A stretch of 31,155 bases of DNA from IMG/VR virus record IMGVR_UViG_3300035494_000079, positions 1 to 31,155 of that record; one strand, written 5' to 3'. Under the pieces are notes generated by a model, which searched no databases, was not told where the DNA came from, and saw nothing but the letters and a program-made list of their open reading frames with translations. Below are positions 24,977 to 31,155 of this stretch, one piece after another (position 1 is the first letter of the stretch; each line of letters begins with the position of its first letter). The DNA comes from a virus. Lineage: Duplodnaviria > Caudoviricetes. The position numbers and the translations under genes are program-made.

Positions 24977-25620
24977 CAGAACATCCCCAATAATTTCATT
25001 GTTCCAAGTTGTGAAGTCGTGCTTCCGATGTTGCCCCACATCTGCGCTTGTGCTGCACCAGAAGTTAGCGCTGCTTGCGCTTGCGCTTGACCAGCTTGCG
25101 ACAATAAGTTTCCGATATTAGTTGCGGATTGCATTCCCTGAACAGATTGTCCGGCGGCAGACGCTTGACCAATTTGCCCCAATCCAGCGAGTTTTGAATA
25201 TTGACTTTCGATTGCTTGCTGCAACATCTGTGGGCGGTATTGCGCCAAAGCAGACTGAATATTGCCGCCACGCAGGCCGCCGGTTGCTGAAGCTTGTTGC
25301 AACATCGCTTCTTCACCTTGACGAACTTGCGCTTGGAACAGTGGGCTTTGCTCGATGGCTGAAATTGCAGCTTGTTGCTCCTCTGGCGTGCCTAGACCTG
25401 CTAATGCGCTCATTTGTGTCATCGCAGGCTCACCAACTGCTACATATGGAGCAAGCGTTTCTTTCATTATGTCGAATTGGCGGCGTTGTTCGGCGATTGA
25501 AGCCTCTGATGCTGCGGTTTGCGCTCCGGCAGCCGTTTCTGCAGCTGCTTGTTGAGCATTAGAACTCATAACACCTGATATTACGGCACCGCCAACGACC
25601 GCTGTTGCTATTCCTGACAT
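24976..25620 (-). CDS. DNA transfer protein (P22 gp7-like)
   Basis: Gly/Ala-rich N-terminus, LAPY...G, ASATGGLRGGN...ALAQ motif. Confidence 0.8.
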   Translation of the reverse strand: MSGIATAVVGGAVISGVMSSNAQQAAAETAAGAQTAASEASIAEQRRQFDIMKETLAPYVAVGEPAMTQMSALAGLGTPEEQQAAISAIEQSPLFQAQVRQGEEAMLQQASATGGLRGGNIQSALAQYRPQMLQQAIESQYSKLAGLGQIGQASAAGQSVQGMQSATNIGNLLSQAGQAQAQAALTSGAAQAQMWGNIGSTTSQLGTMKLLGMF

Positions 25621-26474
25621 TGTTCAACTCCTTGGATTCCAGACAATTCCAGAGCTTGTCTGTAATCGACGGTTAATTCTTCACCTTTGCTTCCGCCGAC
25701 ACAACCTTGAATGTCTCTATTCGCAACAAGGTAAATGTCTTCGTTTTCAGTTTTCACAAAGACGCAATTTGGATTTTTAGAATGGTTTGTGAATCTTCCG
25801 GCAGGCGTGCGCTTTCCGTTGATGCGTGCAGGAGCTATTACGCTTCCTGCTTCAACAGGCCAACTCAAAAATAAGCCTTTGCCTTCAATTTCAGAGTCTC
25901 GCACGGATGTTGCCGCGTTCCATGGGGAAGGCATTTCAATTTGGTCGAACTCATTTTGGGATTGCGCGCGAACTGTGTCTTCATCAAAGCCATATTGTGC
26001 GATGGCGCTAAGATAATCGTCTCTGTCTTCTTGGCGCAAGGCGCAATTCAATTCTTCAACTTGTTCATTGAACTCGCACCAAGTTTCGCTTTTGTCAAGG
26101 AACATCTCTTCAAGCTTGTCGATGTCGGTTTCTTCAGTTGCGTAAATGTTTTGCCAAACACAAGTCTCAATAACATATCCGACCTTGCGTCCGGGCTTGC
26201 CAACAAAAATCATCGGCGCTTGCAACACCTTGACTTTTCCGTCATCGATGATCGCGACTTTTCCTGTTAGCATGACATTTAGGTGTTCGAAGCGTTGCGC
26301 GTGGCCGACAGCCAATGCGCCTTGCGGAAGCGTCACCTCTCGAACATAAATTCCTGGTCCAAAATGGTGAGCCACAGGACAATCGATCTGCGGAAGGTTA
26401 AGCATATGAGCTTCAATTTGCTCGACACCTTCATTTTTTGCGATTGCTGTTGGTTTTGAAATTGACAATTCCAC
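25608..26474 (-). CDS. Cupin-like domain plus SET-domain (lysine methyltransferase) fusion protein
   Basis: N-terminal HHFGPGIYVRE...G..VGH.....H cupin-like barrel. C-terminal SET motifs SEIEGKGLF, GRFTNHSKNPN, GEELTVDY. Likely GTG start at 26474 after GGAG (track start 26486). Confidence 0.85.
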   Translation of the reverse strand: MELSISKPTAIAKNEGVEQIEAHMLNLPQIDCPVAHHFGPGIYVREVTLPQGALAVGHAQRFEHLNVMLTGKVAIIDDGKVKVLQAPMIFVGKPGRKVGYVIETCVWQNIYATEETDIDKLEEMFLDKSETWCEFNEQVEELNCALRQEDRDDYLSAIAQYGFDEDTVRAQSQNEFDQIEMPSPWNAATSVRDSEIEGKGLFLSWPVEAGSVIAPARINGKRTPAGRFTNHSKNPNCVFVKTENEDIYLVANRDIQGCVGGSKGEELTVDYRQALELSGIQGVEQCQE

Positions 26475-26527
26475 CGATCTCTCCAAAATAAAGCTGCCGG
26501 AAGCTCATATTTACTCGGCTTGCGTTT

Positions 26528-26556
26528 ATTATCTAACTTTTATAAAGCAAAAGCAA
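26528..26556 (-). promoter_or_regulatory. Internal sigma70-type promoter in the virion module
   Basis: TTGCTT-N17-GATAAT upstream of the cupin-SET gene. Confidence 0.65.
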
Positions 26557-26560
26557 CATA

Positions 26561-26899
26561 TTAACTCGTAATTACACGACCGCTTGCGCTGATGGTCAAA
26601 GAATTTGCCGCTCCAGCCAACGTGCTGATGAATCCGCCAGACTCCAAAATCTGTCCGACAAGCTCCGTGCAGGAATAAGTTTCACCGGCTGCAATTGTGC
26701 GTGTCTTGAGCACCAAGTTGTTGTCTCCTGCAGTTTCGCCATTGGCGACAAGGTTGACGCTGAAATCAACGTTTGCAGAACTTGTGTTAGTTACAGTGAA
26801 TTTGTCAATTACCGTTTTTGCGTTGTCTGATGTGTATTGCGCAGTTTGCGTCGCTTCCGCCTGTTTGCGCGGGATGATGTTAAGAATTTCAACAGCCAT
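26561..26899 (-). CDS. Small beta-rich virion protein
   Basis: GGAGG RBS; Thr/Ser-rich beta-sandwich-like sequence in the tail module. Confidence 0.7.
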   Translation of the reverse strand: MAVEILNIIPRKQAEATQTAQYTSDNAKTVIDKFTVTNTSSANVDFSVNLVANGETAGDNNLVLKTRTIAAGETYSCTELVGQILESGGFISTLAGAANSLTISASGRVITS

Positions 26900-26908
26900 T
26901 TCGTCCTC

Positions 26909-28114
26909 CTAAAATTGAATTTGTGTCATTGTAACGATGGCGCTTGGCGCTTCTGGCGCAAAGGCCGTTGCTGGTATTTCGTCTAGTGTCAAATTCACTG
27001 TGTCTCCAGCCCACATCAATTCAATGTAATCTCCTGCCGCCAAGCTGATCTGATAAGATGCAGAAACAACTTTTGTGTCGCCATTGGCTTTCACGGTAAA
27101 ATCAAGGCGAGAACGAGCAACGTCAGTTCCGTTTTTAGCCATCCATGCATAAAAGGTGGAGCTTGATGAATTGCTGGAAGTTACTTGGTAAGAAACCGTA
27201 ATCAAATACAAGCCAGATTGCGAAACGGTCAATTGCGAATTTGAAACGAGTGATATTCCACTTTCAACTTCTGTTGTGTCGAATTCAACAGGGTAAGCTG
27301 TGTCTGCAGCAGCAAGAGTTTGATCTGTCGTGCTTGTGTAAGATGCATAATCATATCCAGGAGGGATTGTTGGCCTTACGAACAATTCTCCATTTGTCGC
27401 GTCTTGCACAAGAACCGTTGCAACTGGAATAACCACATCTGGCGCACTAGGACGCGTGCTTGTCAATGCTCCCGCAGTTGTTGGAGAAGCATACAAAATT
27501 GTTCCGACAGGCCAAGATGATGTATCAATTCCGCGAACTTTGCCGAATGTAGTTGTTTCTCCGATGTCGCCGTTCGGCATATCATTAGTCGTCAAGCCGA
27601 TGAAATAAATAGATGAAACGGAACCGTCTGCAATGTATTTGTTTATTTTTATCTCGCCATTAACGCCAGCAAATCCAACAACGGTTCCGTTGCTTATTGT
27701 CGCTCCAGTGTCATTTTCAGTGCGCATGTATTGTTCGAATCCAACTTGCAGCACGACATTGTCTTTCAAACAAACATTCAAGCAATTTTCTGATTCGCTC
27801 CACCAAACACGACCATTTTTTGTTGCAACACTTGGTGATGTGTTAAAATCAACATAAGACACTCGAATTTGGTCTTCATTTTCTTTTGCTGGCTGTTTTG
27901 CTAGCAATTCAATTGCATCTGCTATGCGTACTAATGAATCAGACGTTGCATTTGCAGCAGCAAGCGCATTACCAGAAGCCACAAATGCTTCTTCAATTAA
28001 TGAATTGAATCCATCAGGCACCAATTCAAATAATTTTTCAAATGCTCTGATGCTGCGCTGATCTGGAAGGAATTTTGCAAGATCTGCTCTTGTTGGTGCG
28101 CGCGGATCAGCCAT
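26909..28114 (-). CDS. Tail needle/fibre-like protein with a C-terminal C1q/TNF-like beta-sandwich
   Basis: Helical N-terminus at the gp26 position after gp10; C-terminal F......GI......TV...GLY.I...Q...L.AGDYIEL pattern. Confidence 0.6.
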   Translation of the reverse strand: MADPRAPTRADLAKFLPDQRSIRAFEKLFELVPDGFNSLIEEAFVASGNALAAANATSDSLVRIADAIELLAKQPAKENEDQIRVSYVDFNTSPSVATKNGRVWWSESENCLNVCLKDNVVLQVGFEQYMRTENDTGATISNGTVVGFAGVNGEIKINKYIADGSVSSIYFIGLTTNDMPNGDIGETTTFGKVRGIDTSSWPVGTILYASPTTAGALTSTRPSAPDVVIPVATVLVQDATNGELFVRPTIPPGYDYASYTSTTDQTLAAADTAYPVEFDTTEVESGISLVSNSQLTVSQSGLYLITVSYQVTSSNSSSSTFYAWMAKNGTDVARSRLDFTVKANGDTKVVSASYQISLAAGDYIELMWAGDTVNLTLDEIPATAFAPEAPSAIVTMTQIQF

Positions 28115-29515
28115 CTACCACACCATCGGCTCTATTCGAGCCTCCAATCTTGCAAATGACAATCTTGATTTGCTTGTTCCTCTGAATTTTTGAATCCGGA
28201 AATTCTTCAACGTTCCTTGTTGCAGCCACAAAAGGCGCTTCATCCGTTCACCAGACTTCCCTGCTTTTATTGACTTTTCCATCGACCAAGTTCCGCCATC
28301 AAGAGAGTATTGTGTCCAAATAACAGGATCGTCTCCAAACGCTGCTCTTCCTGTCAACGCGATCAACTCCAAATCATGGATTATTGCACCGCGCCCTTCG
28401 TTGTAAAGGATTTGCGTTGAAAATTCCCATCCGACCTCTTGTCCCCAGTGCGATGAAACTTCGTCGGACTGCACACCTATTGCGTTGCTTTGTGGATCGC
28501 CGACAATCCACTTGTCATAACACCAAGTTCGATTGCTGACTCTGTGTTGTCCTTTACCTTGCAAACTTGAAGTCAATGTGAACCAAACAGATTGACCCAT
28601 TGCTTGCGATGCAACACCGTCAAAAACCAAAGTTTGGTCTGGAAGTCTGATGTATAGGTGATTCAACCCTGCTTCAGAATGGTGTTCAAAAACAACTGTT
28701 GCAAGTTGTTGTTCTGTGTAGCCAAGCAAAAGTTGATCAATTTCACGTGTTGAAATTTTCGTAACATTGCCGTTGACACCAAGCCAAACAGCCGGAGCCT
28801 CATTCCGACCGCTTCCTAGGAACGCTATAGCATCCATGTAGCACGTCAACGAGTGAGTGCCTATCGAGCCTTTTTGAATCTGTGCGCCATCAATGCGTTG
28901 GAACGGGAAAACAGAGCCTCCGACGTTATCGAACATTTCCATCGTGTAGCGGTTGACAGCAACAGGCTCATTGCGAACCTTGATTATTGCCTTGACCGGG
29001 TCAGGGTCTGCTTCAGAAGAACCGTATTTCAAAGGATTTACAGAAAATGGATCATTCAATTCTGTTACAACAAGGAATTCTCCGTCCGTTGTCATGAAAT
29101 ATCCGTCAACCCAAACAAAATCAACAACAGTTCCAAGGTCAGCATCAGTGACTTGCGTCAGTGTATAACCATCCCAATAGAACAAATTTCCGCCAGATGC
29201 GATTGCCAAATAATCGAATGAATAATCCATTGTCACTTGGCCGGAACCACCAACATCACCAAGAGTTGTTGTTGTGCCGTCAGAAGCAACGGAGACCAAC
29301 TTGGTGCCCATCACACGATAACAAACACCATTCCAGTTGATTGCCCCACGGTCAATTCCTGGTCCAGAACCAATTTGAACAACGCCTTCAGCAGGACGCA
29401 AATAGCCGTCGCTGATTCCTTGACGCTTAGGCACTGGCACCAAGTTGCGAGGATAAGCAGATCGAAAATCTGAATTTTCGTCTGTGTAAATGCCGTTCAG
29501 AATTGGTATTTGCAT
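28115..29515 (-). CDS. Packaged-DNA stabilization / tail hub protein (P22 gp10-like)
   Basis: YPRNLVP, GYLRP..G, YRVMGTKL, DGYF, SE.DPD, FRIQKFR beta-propeller pattern. Confidence 0.88.
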   Translation of the reverse strand: MQIPILNGIYTDENSDFRSAYPRNLVPVPKRQGISDGYLRPAEGVVQIGSGPGIDRGAINWNGVCYRVMGTKLVSVASDGTTTTLGDVGGSGQVTMDYSFDYLAIASGGNLFYWDGYTLTQVTDADLGTVVDFVWVDGYFMTTDGEFLVVTELNDPFSVNPLKYGSSEADPDPVKAIIKVRNEPVAVNRYTMEMFDNVGGSVFPFQRIDGAQIQKGSIGTHSLTCYMDAIAFLGSGRNEAPAVWLGVNGNVTKISTREIDQLLLGYTEQQLATVVFEHHSEAGLNHLYIRLPDQTLVFDGVASQAMGQSVWFTLTSSLQGKGQHRVSNRTWCYDKWIVGDPQSNAIGVQSDEVSSHWGQEVGWEFSTQILYNEGRGAIIHDLELIALTGRAAFGDDPVIWTQYSLDGGTWSMEKSIKAGKSGERMKRLLWLQQGTLKNFRIQKFRGTSKSRLSFARLEARIEPMVW

Positions 29516-29527
29516 TTGTTTGAATCC

Positions 29528-29998
29528 TTATCCAACCCGATACCAAGTATTTGTACCAGCATCGTATTTCAATCGGAAAAAGTCGTCCGCTCCAATTGAT
29601 GAAGGCTCCCCTGTGACCGCCGTTGCGCCATTGCCGTCAACAGTTAGACTTGTCACCTGTTGAGTGCAGTTAACCAAAACTTCTTGCTTGTCAACAACAT
29701 TCGCAATGGCAGGAAGAACAATTGTTCCAGCGGCAAATCCTGCGGTTGGCGTCAAAATGAGGTGCGTGTTATTTGCATCGTCATTAATTTGCACGGAAAA
29801 ACCTGTTGAGCTTGGCGCAGAACGTTGCGTTACGAACGTAGAAATTCCGGCGCCTGGAAAAGTTAAGTTGTCTTGCAACCATGATTTGAACAGCGACAAA
29901 GACGATTTGCGTGCATCACCGTTGCTTTGATCAAAAATTGGAATTTGATCTGAATTCTCCAAGGAATCCGTTGCTGAAAGTCGATTGATTTGTGTCAT
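29528..29998 (-). CDS. Hypothetical virion protein
   Basis: GGAG RBS; between gp4- and gp10-like genes; ends with WYRVG. Confidence 0.7.
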   Translation of the reverse strand: MTQINRLSATDSLENSDQIPIFDQSNGDARKSSLSLFKSWLQDNLTFPGAGISTFVTQRSAPSSTGFSVQINDDANNTHLILTPTAGFAAGTIVLPAIANVVDKQEVLVNCTQQVTSLTVDGNGATAVTGEPSSIGADDFFRLKYDAGTNTWYRVG

Positions 29999-30007
29999 TG
30001 TTTGCTC

Positions 30008-30490
30008 CTAATCAAATTCAATTGGTCCATCTGGTCCAGCAGCCAACGGATCATCAGGAACGTCCACAAAATTAGCGCTGCCTTGTGACCAAGTTTTATT
30101 GCCTGCTCCACGAGGAAGCGTTTTAGGAAATTGCATCTCTTGCGGCATTGCGCTTATTGAGACCAGTCCACGATAAGCGTTACGTGCAGAAAGTTTCGTG
30201 TCTGCAGAAACAGACTTTCCGAATCCAGGAGCAAGGCGCACAGCCAAGTTTAAGATTATAGCTTCATTGGCTGAGTCAGGCACGCCAGAGTCTTCATCAA
30301 GGTCGCTGGAAGTTGCTGATGACGGCAGTGGATAACCAAGTCGAATTCCTTTTGTGTTCCAAGTTGCCATCATCGAATCAAGGCGTCGCAACGCCATGTT
30401 AAGTTGTTCAGGTTGCAAATCGAAGACATAATAGGCCAATCCGATCTCTTCAAAAGCTGCTTCCACGAATTGTCTCTTTGTCCACGGCAT
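30008..30490 (-). CDS. Head-to-tail connector / packaged-DNA stabilization protein (P22 gp4-like)
   Basis: TK..FV..A..EIG, L..LD.MMA.W...GI.LGY, NLAVRLAP.FG, P.GAGN. Confidence 0.88.
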   Translation of the reverse strand: MPWTKRQFVEAAFEEIGLAYYVFDLQPEQLNMALRRLDSMMATWNTKGIRLGYPLPSSATSSDLDEDSGVPDSANEAIILNLAVRLAPGFGKSVSADTKLSARNAYRGLVSISAMPQEMQFPKTLPRGAGNKTWSQGSANFVDVPDDPLAAGPDGPIEFD

Positions 30491-30532
30491 GGCTATTTAC
30501 CTCGTCTTGTCCCTTTGGAACCTTTGCGCTTT

Positions 30533-30841
30533 TTACTCTTGCACGGCATTGACTATCGCCTCCTCAATTTTGGCTTTTGACCAAGATTTTTTGACTTCAA
30601 TGCCATTCGCTTCTGCGTAGGCAATCATTTCATCTTTGGAAACATACCCGTTGTCATTGGCGTCAAGACTTTCATCTTGTTCGTTGGCGTCAAGCGCCTT
30701 TGCTGGTTCGTCGAACCAACCATCTTCAAGACAAGATTCAACTTCGTCTGCCTTCACGACAACAATATCGAATTCATTTTCTTTTCCAACTTTGACACGA
30801 TTGCGCGTCTTGGCTGGGAATTTGTACAACATGATTGACAT
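30533..30841 (-). CDS. Small protein after the coat gene with an EF-hand-like loop and HeH/LEM-like C-terminus
   Basis: DANDNGYVSKDE loop, then M.AYAEANGIEVKK.WSK.KI...I; AAGGAG RBS. Confidence 0.7.
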   Translation of the reverse strand: MSIMLYKFPAKTRNRVKVGKENEFDIVVVKADEVESCLEDGWFDEPAKALDANEQDESLDANDNGYVSKDEMIAYAEANGIEVKKSWSKAKIEEAIVNAVQE

Positions 30842-30854
30842 TAAAACTCTCCTT

Positions 30855-30878
30855 AAAAGCGGGAGGGCGAACCCTCCC
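30855..30878 (-). terminator. Rho-independent terminator after the coat gene
   Basis: Minus strand GGGAGGG-TTCG-CCCTCCC then GCTTTT. Confidence 0.75.
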
Positions 30879-30898
30879 TGTTAACCGCTAATCAGCTA

Positions 30899-31155
30899 TC
30901 AGACTTGGCCTTCAAGCATGATACCGGCAAGTTCATAGTTGAGAACTTCAACGTTTGCCCAAACGAACATACGATACTTGGCGACAAGTGAATCAACGTT
31001 CGAATCAGAAAGCATTACGATTTGCACGCCGCTGTCTGTGGTTGCTTTACGAACTTTTTTGCCTGTTGCAGCAAAAGGATCCGTGTTGAAGTCTGCGTGA
31101 ACAATCTCAACAGCGTCTTTTTCAAAGAACACAGAAGCAGGCTTGGTTGTGGTGT
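30899..31155 (-). CDS. Major capsid (coat) protein, P22 gp5-like, C-terminal part
   Basis: Frame is open to the right edge (TTTKPASVFFEKDAVEIV...AGIMLEGQV); followed by a terminator and the gp4-like gene. Confidence 0.75.
   Translation of the reverse strand, partial: TTTKPASVFFEKDAVEIVHADFNTDPFAATGKKVRKATTDSGVQIVMLSDSNVDSLVAKYRMFVWANVEVLNYELAGIMLEGQV

Larger units (their letters stand above)
1..31155. mobile_element. Bacteriophage genome segment (P22-like podovirus virion module with an autonomous DnaE-type replication module), probably lytic
   Basis: Terminase, portal, coat, tail, lysis and replication genes fill the window. No host housekeeping genes, integrase or repressor were seen. Confidence 0.95.

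Noticed and set aside
1-31155. Alternative genetic code or stop-codon reassignment
   Set aside because: The standard code gives full-length, tightly packed genes that end in TAA, TGA and TAG.

Overview
The whole window is a tailed dsDNA bacteriophage genome, probably most of a circularly permuted genome of roughly 35 kb: the portal gene runs off the left edge and the coat gene enters from the right edge on the same strand. The virion module is P22-like podoviral (portal, TerL/TerS, coat, gp4/gp10-like tail proteins, three ejection proteins, tailspike with head-binding domain), followed by a holin/M15-endolysin lysis cassette. No integrase or repressor is visible. The phage carries its own replisome: a Prim-Pol/helicase fusion, a C-family (DnaE-type) polymerase, a separate DEDDh exonuclease, a PD-(D/E)xK nuclease and an SNF2 helicase. 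The most striking part is an operon upstream of the polymerase (FAD oxidoreductase, ThyX-fold enzyme with altered catalytic and folate-binding motifs, HAD phosphatase, all-alpha nucleotide-modification-associated protein, SDR, VOC/glyoxalase-fold protein). It looks like a pathway for making a non-canonical, probably uracil-derived, DNA nucleotide. Other unusual items: two stand-alone paralogs of the primase-helicase C-terminal domain beside an AT-rich inverted-repeat element (candidate origin), a cupin-SET methyltransferase fusion with its own promoter inside the virion module, repeated 17-nt RBS leaders, a switch-like 5' UTR, and strong TpA depletion that the tailspike body does not share. 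All assignments come from motifs read by eye; no database search was run.
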